Positions 12,801 through 23,325 of a stretch of 64,000 nucleotides of DNA are shown in pieces. Made by a program: the position numbers and the translations under genes. The notes under the pieces are model-generated. The model worked only from the letters and a program-made list of their open reading frames with translations, was not told the DNA's origin and searched no databases. The DNA is from Amoebophrya sp. A120 (taxonomy: Eukaryota > Protista > Dinoflagellata), in contig CAJINV010000002.1 in NCBI GenBank assembly GCA_905178155.1, positions 2,105,216 through 2,169,215 on the forward strand, read 5' to 3'. Each line of letters begins with the position of its first letter. Position 1 is the first letter of the stretch.

Positions 12801-15800
12801 CTCGGTATCGAAATCGAGTGGATCAGCGACACGAGCAGATTGGACGATGTTCGTCATTTTCGCCTTTGGTTTTGCGCTTGTCGTCGAAACAGTCCAGGCT
12901 GGTCGTATCGCGGCCGGCCGGGTAGAGGTGGACGAAGAAGACCCTCCGTACTGGTACTTTGGCACGGAACCAAGCGCGCCGATAGTTGTAGCTGTAGTTG
13001 CAGATGAAATTGTGGCACCGGGAGGTGCCGCAACCGAAAGTCGCTTCACCTCGGGAATGGTCAAAAGGTGAGGATCCGTGGCTAATACCGCTGTTCTGAC
13101 GGAATAATCCTGGTTCATACTAGTCGACGACGACGAAGGGGCGCTGGAGGAAAAACTGGCTTCGTCTTCACTGCGGATAGAAAAATTATCTTCTCTGTTC
13201 CACTCACCGGAAGAACCGTGCAACACATCATCATCAGCAACTTCTTCTTGAAAACCGTAAAAATTTCCTTCATCTTCTCCCCCGGCGTAGTAGAAAAACG
13301 ACGCGGGTTCCGGGTACCCCATTTTCTTCCCCTTTTTCCCTTTCTTGCCACCTCCACCCGCCTTCCCCTTCCCCTTACCAGCTTGCTGTTTGCCCTTCCC
13401 CTTCTGCGGGCCCCCGGCGCCTTTTCCCTGCGGCCCGCCCTTGGGACCACCAGCTGAACCGGATCCGCCAATGGGTGCGCCCTTCATGTCAACGCCTTCC
13501 AAGCCCTCTTCCCCATCGGTTTTGCTGTCCTTCTTCCCTTCAAAATCCCGCATTAACTCCTTCATCGCATCGTTCTCTCGGTCTCCTAAGCTGTACCCGG
13601 AATCTTCCGAACCAGAATCCGGCTTCAACAAGTTCGGGTCAATTGCATGGTCCTCGTGTCTCGTCGTGCCCATCCCCTCCTCCCCGATTTTCTCCCCAGC
13701 TTGCCCGTGGTACCGCCCACCGCCCGCGGCGTCAATCATCAAGATTTGCTCCTTCTTCTGCGCTTTCCGGATTTCTCTTTGCACTTTCCGCGCGTCCGGG
13801 TCTTGGCGTAACACGATCTTGTCGAACTCCGTCGTTCGTAAAATGTGGATATTCACCATCCGGAGAAACGCCCGCAACTTCGGGTAATCCGGCTCCCAGT
13901 TCTGCCATTTAAACGGAACGTCACCGATGTGCGGGGCGTGGTCCAGGTACAATTTCCGCATCTGATCGGTTATCTCCATTTTCGTGTATGACAATGAAAA
14001 ATGCCCCCACCCCCGAACTTGGGAGCATTTGTATTGCAAGCCTTTCCAAATGAAACATTCGCCCTCTTGCATCTATCAGCATCACAGGTTTCCAATCGTG
14101 AATAGCAAAGATTTGCATTGCAAAAGACCCCAGCAAGAGCGGCGCTTGTCATGCAAGCGATGCGATACACGCCTAGACTCTGCATGATCAGAAAGATTCA
14201 TACTCCTTTCATGCATGACAAAAAGTTTTCATTTGGAAACTTAGCATCACAAATTTTTGCAATTTCAGGGGTGGGGGGCACTTTTCACTGTAATATCGTG
14301 TACTTGATTTTCCCGCTATCTTCCGCCTTCGCTAATATCCCGTGTAATTTCTTCGCCTCCTCTATGGATGTGTCAGGAGGATTGAAATCGACAAAGTTGA
14401 AATAACTTGCAATGCATAAAATGGATGAAAGTTGTAGCCCAGTTTCTAAGTGGCGCATGACAAATCTGGGTAGAACCGAAATCCAGTCTGTCATGCTGTT
14501 TGGGTAAGGAAGACGCCTTTTGTCATGCTACCTTAGCAGCTCAGTTTTTTTCTACCCCTCAACAACAACAGGCTTACAATCTGCCTCACTTGCTTACTCT
14601 GCAAGAGAGGCACTTTGTGGGCTGCATTTTACGCATGAAAAACTATTCCAACTATGACGATTTCAATCCTGACAATCCCATACCCTCACTCGTCCCAGAT
14701 GTTTCCTTGATGAAGTGCTTCAACCGTTTGAAGTTCCGGTACAATCTGTATTGTTTCTGGATATACGACGCTGCTTGCTCCTTCGTGAAGGTAAACCCAG
14801 CTATTTTCCGCACAAACGGGGAGGGTAGCCCCATCTCTGGGAATTTCACCACCGGACCATTATCGGTGAAAACGAAGTTGGTCGGCGGGAAGATCCGCAT
14901 CGTGTCCGGTTGGATATGACAGTTCACAACTGCCTTTCCCCCTCATTTGTATTGCATGAACAGCAATACAAACACCCGCACGTGTGGAGTCTGTGCATGA
15001 CAAGTTCATGCTCGTAATTTAGTACTGTTTGGGCTTCCGGAATCTATCATGCAAACAGCACCACACGGCAGCGCTTGGATTTGGTATTTTGCATGACAAA
15101 AAATGAGGGGGAGGGGGAGTTGTGCACTGTCATATTGGACGCGTTCTTTTATCAACGTGGTTTTTAGAATGTCCGGGTCTTTTTCAAACTGTTTCTTCCA
15201 ATCCTTCACGGTGCCGTACTTGTACAAATCCACACCCTTCCGCTTCAACCTTAATCTGATCAAATCAAACTTCGGTACGTAGTATTCCCAATGCCAATTC
15301 CGCAAGTCGTCATCCGTCGGTTTTTTGATAAAATTTTTCGCGTGGTGGTCCCCGAACTTGTCCTTCGCGATCAATTTCCGGTCGTGCTCTATCGCAAGAA
15401 AAAACTGTTTCGCTGTGAAAGCTGTGATGCATGGAATGGAACACAAAATTATTTGTATTGCTACACGTACACATGCGAGACATTGAATTTTTAAGGGTGT
15501 TTTCCCTTGGGAAGTGCGCATGACAAATTTTCTGTGCCATGTGTAACAAACTTGTGATTTTGCAGATCTTGCAAAACTATCACAGTGAAACATTTTTTTC
15601 GTGCGATATGCTCTTCCAAAAGCTTTAATTTCGCTTTCTGCGCGTTGTTCTCAAATTCCGGGTTCAGTTTCAAAAACTGCTTCCGCCGATCAGAAAGCGC
15701 TAAATGCTTCTTCGTACTGGTCACGCCGGGTGTTGCAGCGTCTTTTCCGTCGTACTCGTAGTGCTCGAGCTCCACATCGGCGTGGATGATGTTGTCGTAG

Positions 15801-18100
15801 GAAGATTTCCGCTGCAAAAACTTCTTCTGCCCCTCCCGGAACTTGTCCATGCGCTCCTTCGCTTTTTCCTTCCGTCGTTTTTCCACCGCGGCGAGGAGTT
15901 TCGGGTTTTTTACGTCTTTGTCGACCAGTTTTTCGTACTTGATCGGATCCTCTAAAAACATCTTCGCACGTTTCTCCCACTTTGCCTCCTCTTCCGCCTG
16001 CTTTATTAGCGCTTTCTCCCGGTACTGCCGTTCCTCCTCTTCCTGCTTGTGAATCTCGGCGGCCTCCTGGCCCTCGGCTGCGATATGGCGTTCTCAACAA
16101 TTACATTCTCAATTGTTACATGAATTTGTGATGCAAGAATGGCAAAAGTCAAAGGGGTGACCTTGCGCGTCTTGCATGACAGATTTGGCGCGGATTCTCA
16201 GCCTGTTTGGCTCTTCGGGAATTTGTCATGCGAAGCAGCTTGATCATGTCAATTCTGATTGCAAATTTGCATGACAAATCATGTAACAGTTGAGAATGTA
16301 ACATTTGCGAACGCCATATGCGAGGGCAGCAACGTCTACAGCCTCCGCGTGCATCATCTCAGCAAGGGACTGCTGCTTTTTCTGATACCTTCGGGATTTT
16401 GAAAATTGAAGTTGTTGCTGAGAAGCCGTCATGCAGGAATCATCTTGCAAAACTGTTTTAGCAATGACAGTATCATGCACGACAAACACAAACCACGCCA
16501 TCAAACATGAGCAAGATGAGGATTACGCTGCCGCCGCTCTCCCCCGCATTTCCCTTTTCTTCTCCGCCTTCCGTTGAAAGCGCCTTCTCGTCTTCGCAAT
16601 CTCGCTCTGGTCCGGATCGGTGCCGGAGCTCGGTGGGGTGTGTTCTCCCTCCACCGCGACGAGTTGTTTGTACTCATATTGAATCTGCTTGATGTCCAGA
16701 TCGGGGAATTCTTCTTTGAAAACCTGATCCCCCGCAAGCGACCCGCCGCCATCGTCCGTCCCCTCGTGCTCGGACTCAGTTTTTTCCCCCGCCAGTTGTT
16801 CTAAATCCACCCCGTCCGTCGGATCCAATTCCTGGATCTGCCGGGAGATCGGGTCGATGGTCAGCGCCATCTGCTTCACCATTTCTGCCAGCTTCCTCTA
16901 TGCATTGCAAATAGTTCTGAGCCTGGAAGTAGAGTGCAAGTTTGTGTTGCTCTGGTGCTAGCATGACTCTCAAATCTGGCATGATGCACGGTACCCAGAA
17001 GCACCAATGTTCTGCCACGCATAAATCCAGTCTGTCATGCTGAATAGACAACACCGGGCAAGAACTCAGAAACTTGTCATGCTAAGCCGTCATTTGATGC
17101 GGCGTCTTCATGATTCGCCGGTCAGCATCACAAATTCTTTCCAGACCCAGACATATTTGCAGCTGATATCTTCCCTTGCTCGTTCATTTGGTTGATATCC
17201 TGTGCAAAAGTATCGTCCTCGTATTGCAATCATGCATTACAAATCTTTTCGCTAAGGTAAATCAGCATTACAAATTGCATTTCTCATGCTGAGGAAATTT
17301 GTAATGCATTTATACGAGTACGATGCTTTTCCGCTGCATAGTTGATCGCCTCTATCAACTGATGGTTTTGGTTTCCAAAAGCCCCCTATGAGCGTGCACA
17401 ACTCTCCCTCCCCCTCATTTGAAGTGCAAATACAGCAATACACGCGTCGGCAAGCCAAAGTCAAGACTGCAGGGAGTTTTGCATGACAAAATCACACGAG
17501 ATTGCAATTCTTTTTGTGCTGCCAGAATCTGTCATGCACACAGGGCCAAGTTGAAGCGAAGATTGGAATTCATATTTTGCATGACAAATGAGGGGGAGGG
17601 GAAGTAGTTCTTGTGCACTCTCATACCCCCTGCCGCTCCTTCTCGTGTTCCATCTCGCGGATGTGGTGGCGAATTTGATTCAATTCCTGCATCATGGCGT
17701 TTTCCTGGTTCTGCATCTCAAACCGCTGGTGCCGCAACATGTTCAAGTGGTGCTGTTTCTCCGCGTCCTTGTGGTCTTTCTCCAGCCTCTCCTGCATTTC
17801 GTGAAATTTCTTCTGGATCTTGATGTGAAACGGCGGCTCCCGGTTGTCCGGATCGAAATTGTACGGCTCGCCCTTGAACTTCGTGGAGAGCAGTTCGTGC
17901 ATCTGGGGGACGTTGAGCCCCTGCTTGTACATCTCCTCAAACACGTCCTCCAACGTGATACACCGCTCGTACGGGTCGTGGATTTTTGGCTCTGCATGGA
18001 CGAGTCCTCGCTGCGGAGACAGCACACGGGCTCTCGCTTTCCCCTTCGCGGCTTTGGCTCCTGCCCCTTTCGGGGCCTTCGGTTTTGCTTTCGGCGGCAT
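6835..18100 (-). CDS. Giant 18-exon gene, about 2451-aa hypothetical protein with an IQ calmodulin-binding motif and a repeated W-x-x-Y-E-x-D-F-x-K-L-R domain
   Basis: Starts MPPKAKPKAPKG at 18100. Removing 16 introners (+5 nt each) and one GT-AG intron leaves 7356 nt (2452 codons), with every junction read in frame. IQ motif AAVQIQAQIRGKMIRAQL at about 8470-8635. Confidence 0.85.
7779..8037. mobile_element. Introner (family E-related TIR)
   Basis: About 55-bp imperfect TIR (GCTCAGATG..GTTACAATCTCAAACGTTAC..AATAGAATCTGGAATTTGT); flanks CATGC/CATGT; join KADM|GKAM. Confidence 0.9.
8139..8388. mobile_element. Introner, family A
   Basis: TATGCATTGCAAACATGTCTGGGTCTGGAA / TTCCAGATCCAGACATATTTGCAATCCATA; flanks TTCGT/CTCGT; in frame. 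Confidence 0.9.
8473..8584. mobile_element. Short introner (112 bp)
   Basis: TATCCAGAAAAAAACACCCATCCACATCCA / TGGATGTGAGTGGG(T-run)CTGTGGATA; perfect TSD TGCGC; in frame. Confidence 0.9.
8641..8895. mobile_element. Introner, family A (opposite orientation to 211-462)
   Basis: TATCAAATGCAAAAATGTCGGGGTCTGGAA / TTCCAGACCCAAACATTTTTGCATTTGATA; perfect TSD TGGTC. Confidence 0.95.
9682..9972. mobile_element. Introner, family C
   Basis: TATCCTGAGTAAAAACGTCCCCAC.. / ..GTTTTTGCTCAGGATA; perfect TSD CTGAT; in frame. Confidence 0.95.
10161..10307. mobile_element. Introner, family B
   Basis: TATCCTGTGCAAAAGTATCGTACTCGTA / TACGAGTACGATACTTTTGCAGTTCATA; perfect TSD AGATC. Confidence 0.95.
10960..11227. 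mobile_element. Introner, family A, degenerate left TIR and TSD
   Basis: TATGAATTGCAAATAT.. / ..CATATTTGCAGTTGATA; flanks CTGGT/CCCGG; the +5 rule gives the in-frame join YNPG|DEKQ. Confidence 0.85.
11279..11431. mobile_element. Introner, family B
   Basis: Family B TIRs; perfect TSD GGATC; join GPLI|LAFDNE. Confidence 0.95.
13987..14295. mobile_element. Introner, family F
   Basis: TATGACAATGAAAAATGCCCCCACCCCCGAA / TTCAGGGGTGGGGGGCACTTTTCACTGTAATA; perfect TSD TCGTG. Confidence 0.95.
14363..14682. mobile_element. Introner, family D
   Basis: TATGGATGTGTCAGGAGGATTGAAATCG / CGATTTCAATCCTGACAATCCCATA; flanks TCCTC/CCCTC; in frame. Confidence 0.9.
14915..15134. mobile_element. Introner, family G
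   Basis: TATGACAGTTCACAACTGCCTTTCCCCTCATTT / AAATGAGGGGGAGGGGGAGTTGTGCACTGTCATA; perfect TSD TTGGA. Confidence 0.95.
15390..15608. mobile_element. Introner, family H
   Basis: TATCGCAAGAAAAAACTGTTTCGCTGTGA / TCACAGTGAAACATTTTTTTCGTGCGATA; perfect TSD TGCTC. Confidence 0.95.
16084..16318. mobile_element. Introner, family E
   Basis: TATGGCGTTCTCAA..TTACATTCTCAATTGTTACATGA / TCATGTAACAGTTGAGAATGTAACATTTGCGAACGCCATA; perfect TSD TGCGA. Confidence 0.95.
16389..16526 (-). other. Canonical GT-AG intron (138 nt) with introner-motif remnants
   Basis: Minus strand GC|GTAATC...CGAAG|G gives the in-frame join RAAAA-YQKK. No TIR, but it contains GTCATGC and ATCATGC. Confidence 0.65.
16899..17168. mobile_element. 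Introner, family A
   Basis: TATGCATTGCAAATA.. / TTCCAGACCCAGACATATTTGCAGCTGATA; flanks TCCTC/TCTTC; in frame. Confidence 0.9.
17196..17340. mobile_element. Introner, family B
   Basis: Family B TIRs; perfect TSD GTTGA; only 27 nt of exon separates it from 16899-17168. Confidence 0.95.
17387..17625. mobile_element. Introner, family G
   Basis: TATGAGCGTGCACAACTCTCCCTCCCCCTCATTTG / CAAATGAGGGGGAGGGG..TTGTGCACTCTCATA; TSD CCCCC; join ERQG|AFGN. Confidence 0.95.
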
Positions 18101-19066
18101 GGTAAAGATCAGCGTCTATTCAGGATGATCAGGAGTCTGTAATGTATTTTCCAACCCCAGCTCCTGGGCGTCGTTCACAGGATGAAATTGTGCGAGTAAC
18201 GAAACGCATCACCAACCCATACTCTTCATTAGCGTTAAAATTCAGACGATGAAATCTTCTATCCTACATAGTGCCGGTGGCGCGCGGCCACGCGGTAGAA
18301 CTGGAATTTCAATTTCTAGTATGTAAAGTTGTATTAGAAGTGTACGGACGAAAAACGATTGATTCTTTACATGGGAATAAATAACGGATGAAACAACTAG
18401 AACTAGATTCCGAACTGCAGCTGCTCATTTACCTGCACAACAACGCACAGTGAGAATCGAAGACGATGCGCGACGGTTACATCAATGACGATTTACGAAA
18501 GTGACGACCATGCGAGTAAAGGCGACTTACGACTAAAACAAGCATCGGCCGACATCACGAGCGCAGGCGATCTGTGAGGATTTTGATTTATCTCTCGTGC
18601 GATGATTTAATAACGACGAGGAGAAACGACTTCAAAGTGTCATCGTCAAAAGCGATTTGTCCGAAAGTCGTAATCGTCCACCACCTTGGTGCGGTTTACC
18701 TATCGGACACGGAACATCACGCTCGGTATCAAGCTGGCGCAGGCCACGGTACCATCGGCGCAGGGATGAAGTCATCGTCTTTGTGCCAAGACTGAAGACA
18801 GCGGCCGTAGCAGATCAAGATCTACTCTAGTTTTTCTTTTTGTTTTGGTTTTCGTGAAAATCATACAACAGTGCTTGTAGATGAACTACTTATCCAAGAA
18901 CGAAACAGAAACGAATCTCAAAAAAAGCTCAGCTAGGAACGTGCGCATGCAACGTGCCGTCCTCGTCAAGAAGTAGCCGGCAGGCAGACTACATTTTCTC
19001 TTCAATAGTGTTCGAGAACTTCTCTACACCAAGTACAAGCTCTTGATTTTGATTCTCACTATTGCA

Positions 19067-22000
19067 CTACAGCAGCCCCAACCCACCTCCTTCCCCGAGG
19101 GCCGGACTGTTGTTTTCGTTCCCGTCGTTGTCCCTTCTTCGTTCGTTGAGCTCCACAACTTGCCGTACAGGTGGACGAGTTGAATTTTCACGATGAACAT
19201 GATATCCTTCTCCCTCCTCGTCACTGACACTGTCCTCGTCGACCATTACCACTGTTCCTTCCCCCAACATCATTCCTTCCTCCTCCACACCTGCACCTCC
19301 ATCCAAATACAGCCCCCCGCTGGCCAACAACTTCTGCACCTCTTGGAGCGTCAGCCGGTGCGTTTCCGGTAGGAATTTGTCCACTAATAAGTAGCTGATC
19401 GCCGCGTTGACCGAGAAAAACAGCAACACCGCGGATTTATCGGGGAATCTCGGCGTGAAGTACGTCACTGCAGCGTTCCCAGCAGAGTTCAGAAACATCA
19501 TGAACGAGCCGGCTTGGAGGTGGAATTTTTCCGGAAACAACTCCCCGACGTAGGCGAAGGAAACCGGGCCGATGGAATACTGATAGGAAATCACAGAGGC
19601 GAGAATGGTTACTGTCGTCAGGACTTGGGATTTCAACTCCGTGAAAATCGAGGCTAAGGCGTACGTTAATCCCACCGCGTTGACCCCGTTGAGCAGGATT
19701 TGTCGCTTCCCAAAGTTGTCAAACCAGGTAGTGGCGTGTAAAGTCGCGAATAGTTTGAAAATGAAGATCGAAAGGGACAGCCGCTGCGGGTTGGGGAGGT
19801 CGGGTGATGGCACAGTTGTGGCGCCGGATAATGTACTAGTTGAAAATGTCGAAAAGTTTCGGTTCGGTGACAGGAATTCCTGCGCGTAGGGCAGAATTCC
19901 AGAGGTGTGGCCGACAAGCGCTTGGGTGAACATAACGACGGTCGAAGCGAAAACCGCTTTTCGCATGATTTCCGTTTCGGTCGGAGGTTCTTGTTGGGTT
20001 TCCTGTAGATTGATGTTGTTGCTACTTTCCGGTTCAGCAAGGGGAAGCTGGTGTTCCTCTTGTCGGTGTGATGTTTCGGCTCCATCAACGTCTGGCGCCG
20101 TTTCACCCGCACCACGTCCATTTTGGTCCACTGCTACGCGCTCCTGATTCTGGTTGAACCCGAAAAGCGTGTACCAGAAAGAGGCGCTTTTGTCGTGCTG
20201 TCTTGGTATAGTTGCTGATGAAGAAGAAGCACCTCCTTCTTGATGCTGTTGTCCTGTCCTCGCACCACCAGCGCTACTTGTCACATTCGTATGCTGTGCG
20301 GCGGCACTCAATTCGACAAGATCCTCCGTTTCACCGACCTGCAACAGTTCCTCGTGGTTTAGGGGTTGCAAAGATCTGACGAAGCGTGTGAGCTGAGCAT
20401 AGTACACCGTATTACTCGAAGATGTCATCGAAGATGTTGTACCACTAGCACCACCCGTCCTTGTTGCAACTACGTCTTGCTGCCCTGAACTAGAAGATGA
20501 AACCGCTACGGCAGAAGCAGGGGACGACACGACCGCAGTTTCATCTCGTCCACCTTCACGACCGGCTTCATCTTGCCCAGCAGCTGCACCTCCTGTCGGG
20601 TAGTTCCACACCACGTTTAAAAACAGCGAGATCGGTAGCATCAGTGGCACACTCCAGGCGTTGGTGGCAACCGAAAACGCGGATTTCGTAACATGTTTAG
20701 TCACCGCAAAACCCGACGCGGTACTACTACCCGCAGGAGAAGCAGCTGCACCGACCAGCTGGCTGAACGGCGCGAAGAAGCAGCCGGCGATACTCCCAAG
20801 CACCATCCCGTTCACAAATTGGAACTCGAGAAAATTCGTCAGTGTGTTGGACTTTTCCGGGGGTAAATGCATACGCAAGAACCGAGGTAGGGATATCAGC
20901 TGGATCCCCTCGGCAATGCCGATGAGAATTCTCCCGGTGGTGGTGAGAGTTAAGACTTTTGTGTCCAGTGTCTTCGCCGTGGCGACGGTAACGAGGAAGC
21001 CAGATTTCCAAACGAGAAGGTTCCCGGTGAAGAAAAGCGCGGAGGCAATGCGGAACAGCTGTCGGGGCTCTTGCAGGTAATCGGTGAGAAGTCGCGGTGA
21101 AGAAGCATGATGTTGTTCGGCTGTCGGCGCTGCTGAAGCTGCATCTAGATCATGGAGGGCGGGGGCAGGTACTTCATCTACTTCTCTATCACCCGGAATC
21201 TTCCCCGTCGGTGGCCTCGAGAACATCAGGAAAAAAGACAGCAGCACCGCTCCAAGCGTCGGCGACGACATCAAGAGGCCTTTGGAAGCAGCTGGTAGGT
21301 GCAGCTCAATGGCGCTGCTGGTGCCCACGTCTACCCCTTGCAGGAGTACCAGTAGGGACGGTAGGAAAATGTAGCGGACCCAATAGCGGTAAGATATTGA
21401 CGGCTCCTGTAGCCGCGCCGGCTGTTGTACTTGCTGTACGGTGATTGGTGCGCTCTCCGCCCTGCTGACAGCGTTATCCGCAGCAGCCTGACGCGCCGCT
21501 GCGGCCGACGAGGCAGATCGCGAGGCGGCTAGAGCGTTGCTGCCGCTAGAAGGGGTAACCACATCTTCGTCATCCTCCGGGGCGCCGCCGAGTAGTCGTC
21601 CCCCGTACTTTCTCTCGAAGGCGGTAGGCTCACGCAGCCAAATCCAGAAAGTAGAATGTAGTTTGCTGGCCTTCTTGAGAGATGATGATGAACCATGGCT
21701 GGGGTGCCGCTGCTGTTCTTCCGTGGAACAAGAACAACGTTGGAGAAGAGGTCGCGGTGCAGAAGGTCGTGCAGTCGGTCGTGTTAGTGTTCTTGGAACT
21801 GCTGCAACTTTTGGGGCAGTGCGAAGAAGATAGCCATTTGTTTCATCTTCTTCAAGTAAGTGTGCTGCAGATCTTCTGCGAACAGAAGCACCATCCTGGT
21901 CGTGATGAAACAGAAACCTAGCACCACCGACGAGACGCTGCAACACAAACGAACCTTCTTCATGCTGAGTCCCAGCAGCTTCTTCTGGCGTAGAACTTCG

Positions 22001-22294
22001 TCCTCCGCCGTTCTCGTCGAGCAGATACTTGGTAGTTCTGGCAGTTGTTCTCACAGCTGCTGGTGGAGAGGCTTTCTGCGGGGGATTTTTCGGGTTCTTG
22101 TGGGGCGTCTTAACTCCTGTGTTGCTGTAGTTGGAGCTCGTCTGCTGCACCTGTTGTACTCCACGACCACCACGTAATTGTACGAGTTGCCCACCATGAA
22201 ACAACTTCACTCTCCGCCGCCGGCCCTGCTTCTGTTTCCGGTGTTCTTCGTCCTTTCGCCACAGGGGGGTGCTACTAGCAGCCATGGCGAACAT
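19067..22294 (-). CDS. Major facilitator superfamily sugar porter (Sugar_tr-like) with long low-complexity insertions; intronless
   Basis: 1075-aa ORF with many hydrophobic segments and sugar-porter motifs: GRILIGIAEG, WFDNFGKRQILLNG, IGPVSFAYVGELFP, FLPETHRLTLQEV. Confidence 0.85.
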   Translation of the reverse strand: MFAMAASSTPLWRKDEEHRKQKQGRRRRVKLFHGGQLVQLRGGRGVQQVQQTSSNYSNTGVKTPHKNPKNPPQKASPPAAVRTTARTTKYLLDENGGGRSSTPEEAAGTQHEEGSFVLQRLVGGARFLFHHDQDGASVRRRSAAHLLEEDETNGYLLRTAPKVAAVPRTLTRPTARPSAPRPLLQRCSCSTEEQQRHPSHGSSSSLKKASKLHSTFWIWLREPTAFERKYGGRLLGGAPEDDEDVVTPSSGSNALAASRSASSAAAARQAAADNAVSRAESAPITVQQVQQPARLQEPSISYRYWVRYIFLPSLLVLLQGVDVGTSSAIELHLPAASKGLLMSSPTLGAVLLSFFLMFSRPPTGKIPGDREVDEVPAPALHDLDAASAAPTAEQHHASSPRLLTDYLQEPRQLFRIASALFFTGNLLVWKSGFLVTVATAKTLDTKVLTLTTTGRILIGIAEGIQLISLPRFLRMHLPPEKSNTLTNFLEFQFVNGMVLGSIAGCFFAPFSQLVGAAASPAGSSTASGFAVTKHVTKSAFSVATNAWSVPLMLPISLFLNVVWNYPTGGAAAGQDEAGREGGRDETAVVSSPASAVAVSSSSSGQQDVVATRTGGASGTTSSMTSSSNTVYYAQLTRFVRSLQPLNHEELLQVGETEDLVELSAAAQHTNVTSSAGGARTGQQHQEGGASSSSATIPRQHDKSASFWYTLFGFNQNQERVAVDQNGRGAGETAPDVDGAETSHRQEEHQLPLAEPESSNNINLQETQQEPPTETEIMRKAVFASTVVMFTQALVGHTSGILPYAQEFLSPNRNFSTFSTSTLSGATTVPSPDLPNPQRLSLSIFIFKLFATLHATTWFDNFGKRQILLNGVNAVGLTYALASIFTELKSQVLTTVTILASVISYQYSIGPVSFAYVGELFPEKFHLQAGSFMMFLNSAGNAAVTYFTPRFPDKSAVLLFFSVNAAISYLLVDKFLPETHRLTLQEVQKLLASGGLYLDGGAGVEEEGMMLGEGTVVMVDEDSVSDEEGEGYHVHRENSTRPPVRQVVELNERRRDNDGNENNSPALGEGGGLGLL

Positions 22295-23325
22295 GATTTT
22301 TCCTCTTCACGCGGTCTCTCACAACTGCGACTACATCGCAAAACAATAAGTATGTCCGCGCCGCTTCCAAAGAAACAATCATTCCATGGCCTGTGGAGGC
22401 AGAGATCTCACGTTTGTGTTCCTGAGCTGAGTTGCTTTGCAGCATCGATGAAAACAGGATGGCCTCGCAGCTGCCAAACGACGCAACCCAACCTTGAAAG
22501 CAGCCAGACTTTCTTTTTAAAGTACGTACTCACTCTCAAGGACTTCACACTCTGGAGTGGCGGGACTCTCGCTCTCGTCCCGTTTTCTTCTTCAATGAAA
22601 TCTACGACGAAGTAGAAAAACTTCTACGATGATCCGATTTCAACAACCACCAAGACGATAACGAACGCCATTCTACAATAACGATCAGAAAAACGAAGAC
22701 AGAGAAAGACTTTGGCCGACTAGTAGCAGTAGATCCTCACAACGATAAAAGCAGAACCAAATCGATCCGGACCCTGACAATCTCAATCTTTTATGGTCTA
22801 CCGAAGGAAAATAAAGACCAATGCTGCTCTTGACTGACGGGAACTTTTCAGGATCCAAAGCAAAACCAAGATCACAACGGTGATCTGCGATTTGAAGGAC
22901 AGGGGGCCCACCCAGCAGCTTCTTTTCTACGAAGAGATGAGATGGTTCTTGAATACTTGTTTCTCATCTTGAGCGCCCTCTTAATATCGCGATGTTGAAA
23001 CGTCGTATGCACTTGAAATAACCTCCTGCTCGACCACGCGGCGTGTAGGAATTTGGAACAACATCACCGCTTCTTCACGAAGAAGTACAGTATTGAGTTG
23101 TACTACTTGTGCATCAGCATCGACATCAAGAAGTGCGAACTAGTAGAAATGGTGTATAAAAGATTACGTTCCGGTGCAGAAAAGAAGAAGAACTGCTTGT
23201 TAAGATTATTAATTTATACTTCTTCATCACCATGATCACAGAGTGTAATCATGTTGTGTGCTTGCGCGATTCAAACGCCAGGTGCAATCTGTTCAATCGT
23301 ACTGTGAAGCCAGCCTCTGACTCTA

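Noticed and set aside
12172-13887. Long plus-strand ORFs (299 aa, 180 aa) and similar ones at 39859 and 47948
   Set aside because: Antisense shadows of low-complexity minus-strand exons.
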